DNA of 64,000 nt from Bacillota bacterium. Its GTDB lineage: Bacteria; Bacillota_I; Bacilli_A; RFN20; CAG-826. The position numbers and the translations under genes are program-made. Shown in pieces: positions 1 to 9,169 of this stretch (positions are counted from its first letter, which is position 1; every line of letters starts with the position of its first letter). Below the pieces are notes generated by a model that was not told where the DNA came from, did no database searches, and saw only the letters and a program-made list of their open reading frames with translations. The stretch covers positions 13,033-77,032 of the forward strand of contig JAEWMX010000007.1 of assembly GCA_023393065.1 (NCBI GenBank), in the 5' to 3' direction.

Positions 1-990
1 CTTGGCGACAGGTTTTGGCTCTTCTTTTTCAACGGGTTTGGGTTCTTCCTTAACTTCCTCTTTCTTAGCCTCGACTGCAACTGTGTGGGGCTCAAGGCAC
101 GGGAATTTCCCCTCTTTCATACACGGGCAATATCCGGCTTGCATGCAAGGGACGAAATTTCCGCGAGCGCAAGGGCAAGAAGCCAAGAACGGATAAGGCG
201 GATAAATGTTCTGCTGTGGGGCCGGAGCAGCTTGCGGCTGTGCCGGTGGGCCATAAGTATTAATGTATTGGACGAGTAATGGTCCGCTGATTCCAGGCTG
301 AGTGTTCACAGTATGAACAGGTGAAGCTGGCGCTTCGGGTTTAGCCGCTGGAGCGGGGGCGCTTTCAAGTTCATCATGGAGAACTTCGCGTATTTCGTCA
401 GCGCTAGGCGCATTAGGTTGCGGTTCTTCGCGAATTAAAACGAGGCGCTCATCGTTGCCACTGGCGTTCGAGAATGTTCTCTTTGGTGGCGTTGGTGCAT
501 TTGCACAGTAGGCCATATTAATAATGCCGGCCACTAAAATTAAGATGAGAGCGAGAGCGATGAAACCATGTGTCGCCCAAAGCAAAATCGAGACTAATAA
601 GGTGCTTGGAGTCAGCACTGTAGTAATGAACTGAGCGGTGCCAAGCAGGAAAGCGACATCAAAGACGCTAACGGCCAAAATCAAATACCAGCTGACTAAG
701 ACAAGGGCTGATTTTGGTTTGTTGTACTTGGCCATCAAAACGATCCAAATAATTGGGATGATGAGACCAAAAACGCCGATTGCAGTGAGCATCACAATTC
801 TCAGGAGATCGTAAACTGGATTGCCTAAAAAACTAAACCACGAGTAAATTTGTCCCCAACTATCGGCAAAGAAGCCGGGAAAAGTGTAAAAATTACCGAG
901 ATTTAGAAAGGGCAAAACTACGAAGAGGACGATTCCCAAAACGAGCGCAACTAATGCGGCGATGGTTAAAGCGACAGTTGTTTTCTTCAT
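1..990 (-). CDS. polytopic membrane protein with Pro/Ala-rich linker and Cys-rich C-terminal tail (partial; 3' end lies beyond window start)
   Basis: Absent from the ORF track. Checked by hand: ATG at 990-988 (MKKTTVALTIAALVALVLGIV...) and no stop in that frame down to base 1 (330 codons). Several hydrophobic helices, then APAPAAKPEAPASP, then CPCARGNFVPCMQAGYCPCMKEGKFPC. Track ORFs 2..196 and 85..279 (+) are antisense to it. Confidence 0.7.
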   Translation of the reverse strand, partial: MKKTTVALTIAALVALVLGIVLFVVLPFLNLGNFYTFPGFFADSWGQIYSWFSFLGNPVYDLLRIVMLTAIGVFGLIIPIIWIVLMAKYNKPKSALVLVSWYLILAVSVFDVAFLLGTAQFITTVLTPSTLLVSILLWATHGFIALALILILVAGIINMAYCANAPTPPKRTFSNASGNDERLVLIREEPQPNAPSADEIREVLHDELESAPAPAAKPEAPASPVHTVNTQPGISGPLLVQYINTYGPPAQPQAAPAPQQNIYPPYPFLASCPCARGNFVPCMQAGYCPCMKEGKFPCLEPHTVAVEAKKEEVKEEPKPVEKEEPKPVAK

Positions 991-1141
991 AAATAACCTT
1001 CTTTCTGTGCTTACGCTATGACTATGACTATAGTTTATTATAAGAATATAAAATATTCTACAATTCTTTAAAAAATATGCGAGAAATGCGCAGTATTTTA
1101 AAAAAATTGCGCAAATACGGGACTTTTTTTAGATGACATAA

Positions 1142-1996
1142 CTACCTGTTTGTATAAATTTGTAGATGCTTTTTGAGTAACTTAATGTGAATTTGGCCTT
1201 TCGGACCTTCCTCGCCATCTATACACCATGGCGAATCAATTATAGGATCAATCGTCACCTCATCGATCCGATAGTAGGCGGTTCGGCGCTTAAGAAACAA
1301 GTAATTAAGCAGCCCGTTAAAAGGCCCAGGTTTTGTCAAATAGACATCAAATTTGCCGTCATCGAGAGAATTTCGTAAATTAATAGGAAAGCCTCCGACA
1401 TAACGGCTATTGAGAACCATTAAAAACGGCACTCTGTGTTCTTTGATCTCACCACCGATATGAACTTTTACGGCAAAACTATGGGGAACGACGGCATCCC
1501 TGACGGCATTCATATAGTAAGCCATCTTTCCAAACGTTTTGATTCTTTTCCTCTTGGTAGCATATGATATTTCGCTAAATGTTCCAATGGCGGAAACAAA
1601 AGTAAAATATACCTTGTCATTGATCACGCCAATATCGAATTGTTGGATTTTGCCTTTCTTAATAATATTAAGGCTTCTATTAAGACGCTTATCAATGCCA
1701 AAATTCTTGCCGAAATCATTGAGCGTTCCGCTTGAAATATAGCCGAGAATCGGCCTTTTTTCCTCTTTGGCAATCGCGTTGACGATGCGATGAAAAGTGC
1801 CGTCCCCACCCGCAAAAACGAGAACATCGTACTCAGCGCAAGCAAGTGACGCCAATTTATCGAGTTCATCGATATTATTAGCGTATGCAATATTTACATG
1901 GTCAAAAATATCTTCTAGCCGACTGCGAATAAAATCAATCTTATTGACGATGCGCCCGCTTCCAGGTGCATTCGAATACAAGAAGATGGCATTCAT
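1142..1996 (-). CDS. diacylglycerol kinase family lipid kinase (YegS/DagK-like)
   Basis: DAGK catalytic-domain signature VLVFAGGDGTFHRIVNAI and GYISSGTLNDFG; 284 aa. Confidence 0.75.
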   Translation of the reverse strand: MNAIFLYSNAPGSGRIVNKIDFIRSRLEDIFDHVNIAYANNIDELDKLASLACAEYDVLVFAGGDGTFHRIVNAIAKEEKRPILGYISSGTLNDFGKNFGIDKRLNRSLNIIKKGKIQQFDIGVINDKVYFTFVSAIGTFSEISYATKRKRIKTFGKMAYYMNAVRDAVVPHSFAVKVHIGGEIKEHRVPFLMVLNSRYVGGFPINLRNSLDDGKFDVYLTKPGPFNGLLNYLFLKRRTAYYRIDEVTIDPIIDSPWCIDGEEGPKGQIHIKLLKKHLQIYTNR

Positions 1997-2048
1997 ATAA
2001 ATATCTTACCATATGAAAGGGCTTTTTAATAAAATATGAAGAATAAAC

Positions 2049-2077
2049 TTGAAAAGAATTCTTTATAAGAATAGTAT
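2049..2077 (+). promoter_or_regulatory. sigma-70-type promoter for the M28 peptidase gene
   Basis: TTGAAA (2049-2054), 17-nt spacer, TAGTAT (2072-2077), about 30 nt upstream of the AGGGG RBS and ATG 2108. Confidence 0.45.
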
Positions 2078-2107
2078 TTACATTACTAATAAATAGGGGC
2101 TTTAGAA

Positions 2108-3523
2108 ATGAATAAAACGATAGCAAAAATCCCAAGTATCCTTCTAGCCATTTTACTCGTGTCTTGCACTCCCGACAGCACGGGAAGCGACACGAATTCT
2201 GATTCTTCAGACGATGGTAGTTTAGACACATCGAGTATCGATGATGGCTTTTTAAAAAATGTCGATGATGAAATATCGGTTGAAAACGCTCAAGAGCATA
2301 TCGAGTATTTGGCCGGAAATGAAATTGGCGGAAGAGCCTCAGGAAGCGCCGACAATCAGAAAGCGTGCCAATATGTCGCCGATCATTTCGAGGAATATGG
2401 CTTTACTCCCTACTCTGAAGAAACTGGCTATTTTCAACCATACATACAGCCTCACACGAGAATTTTTAGCGAATATTTTTCTTTTGAAGTGACCAACACC
2501 GCTCAAACCGCGAGCGCTTCTTATCGTTATGCTTATGATTTTTCATTCTTCTATGGTAATTTCACCGCATTTGGTTATGTGTTCTCAGGACTTACATTCG
2601 ACGATCAGGCCGAGCTAGTCGCTTTTGACACGACAAGTACAAATTATGCTGACAAAATCGTTTTGACGAACAGCATAACTTCTTCTATATTAACCGACTT
2701 ATACAATGACGGGGCGAAGGGGGCGATTGTTCGCGATTCGTATGAAGAATCCTACCCCGCTACCGAATTTGGGCAAGGCGATATGTTTGACGACACCGAT
2801 TTCCTCTTTCTTTATGCCGCTCCTGAATCTTATAATTCACTTCTATCCAATATTGCAAATGGACTAAATAAGGCCGATGTTTCCTATGCTATCGATAATG
2901 TCAGCAAAACGGTTAATAATGTCGTCGGTGTCTTAGACGTCGGTGCCGATTCCAGCATCATCGTTTCCGCTCATATCGACCATTTAGGTCGATTCGATGC
3001 CGAAGATGATGGCTATTACGCCGGTGCTCTCGATAACGCCTCAGGCGTCGCCGGCATGCTCGAACTCGCTCGCATCTATAAAGAGAATGCCGAGCTTCTT
3101 GCCAAGAATGTCATTTTCATCGCCTACAACGGCGAAGAGGCGGGTTTATTTGGCTCGCAGTTTTACTCGCGTAATATGGTTGGTGAAAAAGCAGCGACTC
3201 GCGCCGCCTTTAACCTCGATATGATCGGAGGCGGTTCTAACGATTACGAGCTCGAAATTATCGGAAATGTCGGTGGCCTTGGTAAGACGATTGAAGCCAA
3301 ATGTGACGATTACGGAATCGATAACTATATTCTGGCGGGCAATCAGGCAAATAGCGACCACTACTGGCTCGGACAAATGCGCATCGTCTCGATGTCCTTC
3401 GTTCACTTCGATGATCGATACTACCATCGTCCCGCCGATACCGAAGACAAGATTAATTATGATGTTTTTGCCAATCAGCTATCAATGATAGCTAATTTGA
3501 TGCTCAGTTCATATAACAAATAA
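2108..3523 (+). CDS. M28 family metallopeptidase lipoprotein
   Basis: Lipobox LLVSC followed by an S/D/T-rich linker. M28 motifs HIDHLG, DNASGVAGMLELARIY, NGEEAGLFGS, NLDMIG. Confidence 0.75.
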   Translation: MNKTIAKIPSILLAILLVSCTPDSTGSDTNSDSSDDGSLDTSSIDDGFLKNVDDEISVENAQEHIEYLAGNEIGGRASGSADNQKACQYVADHFEEYGFTPYSEETGYFQPYIQPHTRIFSEYFSFEVTNTAQTASASYRYAYDFSFFYGNFTAFGYVFSGLTFDDQAELVAFDTTSTNYADKIVLTNSITSSILTDLYNDGAKGAIVRDSYEESYPATEFGQGDMFDDTDFLFLYAAPESYNSLLSNIANGLNKADVSYAIDNVSKTVNNVVGVLDVGADSSIIVSAHIDHLGRFDAEDDGYYAGALDNASGVAGMLELARIYKENAELLAKNVIFIAYNGEEAGLFGSQFYSRNMVGEKAATRAAFNLDMIGGGSNDYELEIIGNVGGLGKTIEAKCDDYGIDNYILAGNQANSDHYWLGQMRIVSMSFVHFDDRYYHRPADTEDKINYDVFANQLSMIANLMLSSYNK

Positions 3524-3526
3524 AAA

Positions 3527-3551
3527 ATCTATCCGAAGATAGATGATTTTT
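3527..3551. terminator. bidirectional intrinsic terminator (M28 gene on +, gltX/tRNA-Glu on -)
   Basis: ATCTATC-CGAA-GATAGAT hairpin flanked by an A-run upstream and a T-run downstream. Confidence 0.65.
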
Positions 3552-3554
3552 AAA

Positions 3555-3629
3555 TGGTGATCCTAGCGGGAATCGAACCCGCGATTCAACCTTGAGAGGG
3601 TTGCGTCTTAGCCGCTTGACCATAGGACC
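3555..3629 (-). tRNA. tRNA-Glu(CTC)
   Basis: Reverse complement GGTCCTATGGTCAAGCGGCTAAGACGCAACCCTCTCAAGGTTGAATCGCGGGTTCGATTCCCGCTAGGATCACCA folds as a cloverleaf. Anticodon loop CTCTCAA, CCA encoded. Confidence 0.85.
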
Positions 3630-3651
3630 GACGAGTAATAGTTAAGCAGTT

Positions 3652-5316
3652 TTAATGCAACTTTTCAATAATATATTGCAAGCGCTTTTCAACTTCTGCC
3701 TGCCCTAAGACTTGTAAAATCGCCCAGAGATTTGGCGAATTTTTGCTTCCGGTCAAAGAAAGCCTGAGAATCTCAGCGGCATCACCGACATGCCCGACGA
3801 AAGAAGAGGGATTCGCTTTGAATTCTTTGTTGCTCGCTGCGAACCCGCATTTTCCAGCAATTTCCTTAAGCTTGGAAAACCAGGAGTCATTATCGAGAGC
3901 ATAGTCATTTATGTCGATAAAATTGTGCAAGAAAGTCACAATTTTGTCTTTTGTGATTCTTTCGTTAAATGGCAATTCACCAGACACTAATTCAAGATAG
4001 TGATCGTGATAGAAGAAGCGGATATGCGAATAGATATCGCTGTATTTTGCGAAGTCTTTTCGCGGATTTTCTTTTTCCCTCTCGATGTTGAGAATTTGCT
4101 CGTAATACTCGACGTTGCGATTGATGAGGTCGAGGAGTTCGGGAGAGTAGTTTATCGCCCACTTTTTAGATAGTGAAGCTAAGCGATGTGCGCTCATTCT
4201 GGCGATAACTTCTTTTGCAAAGAAAGTCAGCTTATCAAGATCAAAGAGGGCACCATCTAAAGACATCTTATTAAGATTAAAAGTAAACTTATCAATATCA
4301 TAGATATTGCTTTCTTCGGTCCACTCTTCGAAATTAGAATTGGCAATCGACATTAAGTAGGCGGTGACAGCCCGCGGGGGATAGCCATCCTCAATAAAGA
4401 AGCTGACGGCGGCTTCTTGGTCTTTGCGCTTGGATAATTTGCGCTTGCTGCCGTTTTCCATCTTCATAATCAAAGGTAGATGGGCATATCCCGGTGCCGT
4501 CCAGCCAAGGGCCTTAAACATTTCGACGTGAATCGGAAGTGAAGATATCCATTCTTCACCGCGCGTAACGATGGTCGTGCGCATAAAATGGTCATCGACG
4601 ATGTGAGCAAAATGGTATGTAGGCAAACCATCAGACTTCAAGATGACGATGTCGATGTCATTTTCGGCGATGTTAATCTCGCCGCGAATCAAATCGCGAA
4701 TTAAGACTTTGCGGAGATGGTCGCCTTGACTGCGAAAGCGAATGACATAAGGTTGACCGCTTCGTATTTTTTGCATTGCCTCTTCGGGTGATAAATATCG
4801 ACAAGTCGCATATTTCCCGTAGTATCCAGGAACAACTTTCTGAGCTTCTTGCGTTTTGCGCAAAACTTCGAGCTCTTCAGTCGAGCAAAAGCATGGGTAG
4901 GCAAGATTATGAGCGATGAGATATTTTATTACTACCTTATAAATGCTAGCTCTTTTGCTCTGGCGGTAAGGACCATAGTTTCCGATATCGCGGTCGCCGA
5001 GATAACCTTCGTCGAGAGTGATGCCGAATTCCGCCAGCTGAGTGATGAGCTGCTCACCGCTGCCCGATATTTCGCGTTTGGTATCAGTGTCTTCGAGCCT
5101 TAAAAAGAAGAGGCCGCCGCTGTCCTTCGCGACTTTCTTGGCGACCATCGCTGTAAATAGCGAGCCGGTATGTAAAAATCCTGTCGGCGAGGGGGCAAAA
5201 CGCGTCACTTGAGCGCTTTCTTTTAGATTGCGTGGTGGATAGCGTTTTTCCAAGTCGTCGATCGTTTCTTGGATTTCGGGAAAGATAAGTTCGGCTAGTT
5301 GTTTGAAGGCATCCAT
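3652..5316 (-). CDS. gltX: glutamate--tRNA ligase
   Basis: Class I signature RFAPSPTGFLHTGSLFTA (HIGH region) and KLSKRK (KMSKS region); 554 aa. Confidence 0.9.
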   Translation of the reverse strand: MDAFKQLAELIFPEIQETIDDLEKRYPPRNLKESAQVTRFAPSPTGFLHTGSLFTAMVAKKVAKDSGGLFFLRLEDTDTKREISGSGEQLITQLAEFGITLDEGYLGDRDIGNYGPYRQSKRASIYKVVIKYLIAHNLAYPCFCSTEELEVLRKTQEAQKVVPGYYGKYATCRYLSPEEAMQKIRSGQPYVIRFRSQGDHLRKVLIRDLIRGEINIAENDIDIVILKSDGLPTYHFAHIVDDHFMRTTIVTRGEEWISSLPIHVEMFKALGWTAPGYAHLPLIMKMENGSKRKLSKRKDQEAAVSFFIEDGYPPRAVTAYLMSIANSNFEEWTEESNIYDIDKFTFNLNKMSLDGALFDLDKLTFFAKEVIARMSAHRLASLSKKWAINYSPELLDLINRNVEYYEQILNIEREKENPRKDFAKYSDIYSHIRFFYHDHYLELVSGELPFNERITKDKIVTFLHNFIDINDYALDNDSWFSKLKEIAGKCGFAASNKEFKANPSSFVGHVGDAAEILRLSLTGSKNSPNLWAILQVLGQAEVEKRLQYIIEKLH

Positions 5317-5371
5317 ATCCTTTTTCCTTTACTCTTTGAGTAATAATATATTTTAACACATTTTTTGGTGC

Positions 5372-5400
5372 TTGAATAATCGCGAATAGTTCTTTATAAT
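5372..5400 (+). promoter_or_regulatory. sigma-70-type promoter for tRNA-Gly(GCC)
   Basis: TTGAAT (5372-5377), 17-nt spacer, TATAAT (5395-5400), 20 nt upstream of the tRNA 5' end. Confidence 0.6.
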
Positions 5401-5420
5401 GATACTCGCATCGCTTTCAT

Positions 5421-5494
5421 GCAGGTGTAGTTCAATGGTAGAACACTACCTTGCCAAGGTAGATACGCGGGTTCGATTCCCGTCACCTGCTCCA
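5421..5494 (+). tRNA. tRNA-Gly(GCC)
   Basis: GCAGGTGTAGTTCAATGGTAGAACACTACCTTGCCAAGGTAGATACGCGGGTTCGATTCCCGTCACCTGCTCCA. Anticodon loop TTGCCAA. Confidence 0.92.
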
Positions 5495-5506
5495 GATGCT
5501 AATGCC

Positions 5507-5528
5507 GGCCGCAGAAGCGGCTTTTTTT
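5507..5528 (+). terminator. intrinsic terminator after tRNA-Gly
   Basis: GCCGC-AGAA-GCGGC hairpin followed by seven T residues. Confidence 0.7.
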
Positions 5529-5532
5529 ATGC

Positions 5533-6561
5533 TTATTCATCTTTTTCATCATTTTCTAAATCGTCATCTTCGCGCTTTGCATCATCGGATTTCTTTTGTA
5601 GATCACCAATTAGTTTATCGAGTTCTTCCTGCTGTTCTTCACTCAATTTTTGAGCGACTTTTATCTCTTCGTAAGCCTTCTTGGCTTGATCGATGGAAAC
5701 GCTGATGTAGCGTTCCTTATACTTCTTAAACAGTTCTTCGATAACATCGAGATAATATGGGAGAAAGGGGGCCAATAAAATAAAAGCCCCAGCCAGTCCC
5801 GAGAGAAGTATTAAATAAGGATCTTGAGTGAAAAAATAAGTGGCAAAGACTCCGGCGGCAAAACCCGCCAAAATAATCGGTGCTCCCATCCAAGTTGCTC
5901 TGTAATAGTCGGTGTTAAACTCCCGCTTAAAAAATTTGAGACCTTCGCGGTGAATCGAAAAAGCGATACGTCCCGGCATTGAAGACATCGAAAGAGCTAA
6001 ATGGGGGACGATGGAGTTTCGCCCGACGAAGTGCAAGAATGCAAGCAAGGCAAAGCCACCACTGATAAGAGTCGCGGTGCTTGAGATAAAGATGATGTTG
6101 GCATTTGCCTCATAAGCAGCAAGCGCTTCGGTGAAATTTCCGTTAGCGGCTAAAGCGGCGATACCATCAACTTCCTGGGCAAAAGCGGAGTTGTCGATTA
6201 TTAAAATTTGTAGCATGGTAAAAACGACGACGAAAGAAAGTCCGAGGTTAATCAGAACGGCTTTGAGAAAAGAAGACAAAACTTGATAGGCTCCGCTTAA
6301 AGGCGGAGTAAAGGCCGTTCGGTAAAAGCTAAAAAAGTTTTTTTGCGTCAAAGGCATGCCGCGAGCAAATGAGCTGTTCGCGAGCTGTAGGCATATGAAA
6401 ATCGGAAGAATGACAGCTGGTACAAGAATCAAAAAGAGATAGCTGCCGATAATGCCGATCGCTAAGCAAGCTAAGACGAAAACGGTAAATGAAAAGGCGA
6501 TAGCCAGTTTGCTAGCTAAATATTTACGATATGTCTGAAGAGCTTTCTTTGAAATATTCAT
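5533..6561 (-). CDS. polytopic membrane protein with acidic coiled-coil C-terminal tail (unknown function)
   Basis: Multiple hydrophobic helices. C-terminus reads KLSEEQQEELDKLIGDLQKKSDDAKREDDDLENDEKDE. Its start overlaps the upstream stop as ATGA. Confidence 0.6.
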   Translation of the reverse strand: MNISKKALQTYRKYLASKLAIAFSFTVFVLACLAIGIIGSYLFLILVPAVILPIFICLQLANSSFARGMPLTQKNFFSFYRTAFTPPLSGAYQVLSSFLKAVLINLGLSFVVVFTMLQILIIDNSAFAQEVDGIAALAANGNFTEALAAYEANANIIFISSTATLISGGFALLAFLHFVGRNSIVPHLALSMSSMPGRIAFSIHREGLKFFKREFNTDYYRATWMGAPIILAGFAAGVFATYFFTQDPYLILLSGLAGAFILLAPFLPYYLDVIEELFKKYKERYISVSIDQAKKAYEEIKVAQKLSEEQQEELDKLIGDLQKKSDDAKREDDDLENDEKDE

Positions 6562-7178
6562 TTTTTATTAGTGCGATTTAAGGCATGTATCTCCATGACA
6601 GCCTTAGCTAGAGCTTGCTCATCGATGCTATCGACATCGCGCTCCTCAAGGGCTTTAACAAGGCGGCGAAGTTGGCTTCGCGGCACGAGAAAGTTGGTTT
6701 TTGATTTTTTATCAAACGGTTCAACATGACAGTCATCATTGATGACAACAATCGATATTAACATATTTTTATTTATATCGGTAATCATCGAAAGCTGATT
6801 GACATTATCGGCATTGATGCGCAAAGGATTATCGATATAGCCTTTTTTTCGCTTGCTCGAATAATGAATCCACGAGGGATCTTCTTCTTTGGCGCTGATG
6901 GCTCCTGAGTAATAACAGTCTTTGATGACATAAATCCACTTAGAACCAAACAGGATGTGATTGATGGTTTTGATATCGCGATTAGAGTGGATGAAACTAA
7001 ACTGATTGATAAGATAAAAATCAAAGTCCAAGGCAAGGCGATAGATGTGCCGCCCGAAGAACCATATATGATGGCGTCGTAAAATCGCTCTTTTTACCGG
7101 ACGAAAAAAGATGATAAAAAGGAGGAGGAGACCGGTGAGCGAGGCCGTGATGATAAACGCTATTTGTAAATCAGTCAT
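6558..7178 (-). CDS. membrane-anchored NERD-like domain protein with apparently degenerate catalytic motif
   Basis: N-terminal TM helix. Layout INHILFGSKWIYVIKDCYYSGAI...W...NPL parallels the NERD pattern IDHLLVS..IIVIETKNYGG..W..NP seen in the ORF at 49760..50305, but D is replaced by N and ExK by KDC. Confidence 0.45.
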   Translation of the reverse strand: MTDLQIAFIITASLTGLLLLFIIFFRPVKRAILRRHHIWFFGRHIYRLALDFDFYLINQFSFIHSNRDIKTINHILFGSKWIYVIKDCYYSGAISAKEEDPSWIHYSSKRKKGYIDNPLRINADNVNQLSMITDINKNMLISIVVINDDCHVEPFDKKSKTNFLVPRSQLRRLVKALEERDVDSIDEQALAKAVMEIHALNRTNKK

Positions 7179-7187
7179 TAACGATAA

Positions 7188-7910
7188 TTATTCGGTGAAG
7201 GATTCAGCTACTTCCAAGGCGACTTCAATCATCTTGCCAAGTCCTAATTGCCTTTGGCTGCTCGTCGCTTTTTCAGTCTTCAAGAAATGATCGGTGACGG
7301 TCAATAAGCAAAGGGCGCGTTTGCCGAGGCGAGCGGCAGTCGTATATAGACTATAAGACTCCATCTCCACACCCATCACGCCGAGATTCGCCCATTTCTT
7401 CCAAGAGTTGGGGTCGACGTCATAAAAGATATCGGCGGAGAGGATATTGCCGACATGAAGCGGCATTTTCCGATTCTTTAACACTTCGTAGGCTTTGACC
7501 AATAAGTCAAAATCGGCCGGCGCCGAATAGGTACCGCCTTTTAAGTCAAACTGCGATGCCCAATTTGAGTCGGTCGAGGCCGTCTGGCAAACGAGGACAT
7601 CGAAAAGGTCGATTTTGTCTTGATAAGAGCCACAAGTGCCGATGCGAATGATCGATTCGACACCGAAGCCGGTATATAGTTCATGCGAGTAGATACCGAT
7701 TGAAGGCTGTCCCATTCCCGAGGCCATGACCGAGACTCTCTTACCATTTTTGGTCAAGCCGGTGTAGGCTAAGATGCCTCGTACCTCGTTAACGAGTTTT
7801 GCATCGACGAGATACGTCTCAGCGATCCATTTGGCCCTGAGCGGATCGCCGGGCATTAAAACGACTTTAGCGAACGCTCCTTTTTCAGCATTGATGTGCG
7901 GTGTTCCCAT
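7188..7910 (-). CDS. deoD: purine-nucleoside phosphorylase (DeoD type)
   Basis: MGTPHINAEKGAFAKVVLMPGDPLRAKWIAETYL and GVEMES motifs; 240 aa; strong GGAGG RBS. Confidence 0.9.
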   Translation of the reverse strand: MGTPHINAEKGAFAKVVLMPGDPLRAKWIAETYLVDAKLVNEVRGILAYTGLTKNGKRVSVMASGMGQPSIGIYSHELYTGFGVESIIRIGTCGSYQDKIDLFDVLVCQTASTDSNWASQFDLKGGTYSAPADFDLLVKAYEVLKNRKMPLHVGNILSADIFYDVDPNSWKKWANLGVMGVEMESYSLYTTAARLGKRALCLLTVTDHFLKTEKATSSQRQLGLGKMIEVALEVAESFTE

Positions 7911-7922
7911 AATTTCCTCCTC

Positions 7923-8378
7923 TTAATCGATATCGATTACTTGTGTTGCGGCAACATAGTCATAAAAGCCGACGCGCTGTTTTGAAAAAAGCAAGACCAT
8001 CGTATCGGCAAAGGCGCTTACTCCGAAAGTTAAAATAAAGAGCAAAACACGAATCATCTCACGTAAGAATATCGTTTTAAAATCGATATCTGAACCGTTG
8101 TTTTTAATGATTCGAATTTTGAAAAAGCGCTTGCCGAGCGTCTGCCCGTTCCAAAAAATCGGCAAGACGATAAAATAGGCAATCACCGCCATAAAGGCTA
8201 GAGCTCCCGATCCAAAAGCCGACAGGTACAAAGCGAGACTATCGATGCTCGTCGGATTGATGATAGCGGTAATCAGGGAGATGAGCGAGCGAAAAGTTAA
8301 CAGCAAGGCAATCGCCACAATGACGACTAAATCAAAGATATTTGCAAAGATGCGATGGTAAGATTTAGCACGGTTCAT
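7923..8378 (-). CDS. RDD family membrane protein
   Basis: Three TM segments and GQTLGKRFFKIRII, typical of the RDD family. Confidence 0.6.
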   Translation of the reverse strand: MNRAKSYHRIFANIFDLVVIVAIALLLTFRSLISLITAIINPTSIDSLALYLSAFGSGALAFMAVIAYFIVLPIFWNGQTLGKRFFKIRIIKNNGSDIDFKTIFLREMIRVLLFILTFGVSAFADTMVLLFSKQRVGFYDYVAATQVIDID

Positions 8379-8457
8379 GTCTCTTTAGTCCTTCTTATTA
8401 ACTTTAACAAAAAACAACCTTCCTTTATACACTTTTAAGAAAAATTCTTAAGGTTCA

Positions 8458-9054
8458 TCAATCAAATATCGTCTCTTGGTTGCGACAAGCCTCGATTAAG
8501 CGGTGAATCTCTTTTAGAGATAATTTATGCGACATCTCCGGAAGGTGGTCGACATCAAAATATCGCGCTTCCGTCGTCTCATAACCTAGTTGATGAAAGC
8601 CCGAAATCGGCACGGCTTCAAAAGCGATGACATATTCGGGAATGGTGACATTTGGCGTGCGATCGATGATGCCGATTAGACGATTGATTTTAACTTCTAA
8701 ACCGGCTTCTTGCAAAACTTCGGCTCTTGCCGCTTGGCTCGGGGTGTCATAAAGGTCGCACCATCCTCCGGGAATCGAATATGTTCCGGTCTTGGCTTCT
8801 TTTACAAGAAGAATTTGCCCTTTTTCGTTAAAAATAAAGACGCGAGTCGAAACATTGGGAGTTGGATAAATGTCGCGTTTAAAATAATTGGGGCGATCGA
8901 ATTCGATGTCGGTAAACGATTCCAGCATCTTGGTGCTCAAATCGTTAATTTGCCGATAGTTGTCAAGGGCGTATTCGTCTTTAGAAAACAATAGGCCGAT
9001 TTTAGAAATCGCCTGCATTTTGATTACGAATTCGCAAAACTGTTTTTTGTCCAT
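8458..9054 (-). CDS. NUDIX hydrolase with N-terminal NUDIX-associated helical domain
   Basis: Nudix box GGWCDLYDTPSQAARAEVLQEAGLEV. I prefer ATG 9054 (AAAGGA RBS 4 nt upstream) over the track's TTG at 9096. Confidence 0.75.
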   Translation of the reverse strand: MDKKQFCEFVIKMQAISKIGLLFSKDEYALDNYRQINDLSTKMLESFTDIEFDRPNYFKRDIYPTPNVSTRVFIFNEKGQILLVKEAKTGTYSIPGGWCDLYDTPSQAARAEVLQEAGLEVKINRLIGIIDRTPNVTIPEYVIAFEAVPISGFHQLGYETTEARYFDVDHLPEMSHKLSLKEIHRLIEACRNQETIFD

Positions 9055-9169
9055 AAATCCTTTATATAATATACTGCCAAACAGCTCTTTTAACAATTGT
9101 TAAGTATTGTGCACTTTATGCATCTTGTCTGATAAAAGGCATCAAATTCGTGATAAACTAAATGACAAG

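Noticed and set aside
2-279. Track ORFs 2..196 and 85..279 on the + strand.
   Set aside because: They are antisense to the much longer uninterrupted minus-strand frame (1..990), which has a clear start, TM helices and coherent composition.
5399-5705. Track ORFs 5399..5653 and 5496..5705 on the + strand.
   Set aside because: They overlap tRNA-Gly(GCC), its terminator and the antisense of the 3' end of the 5533..6561 gene. The low-complexity Ser-rich translation is the mirror of the acidic tail on the other strand.
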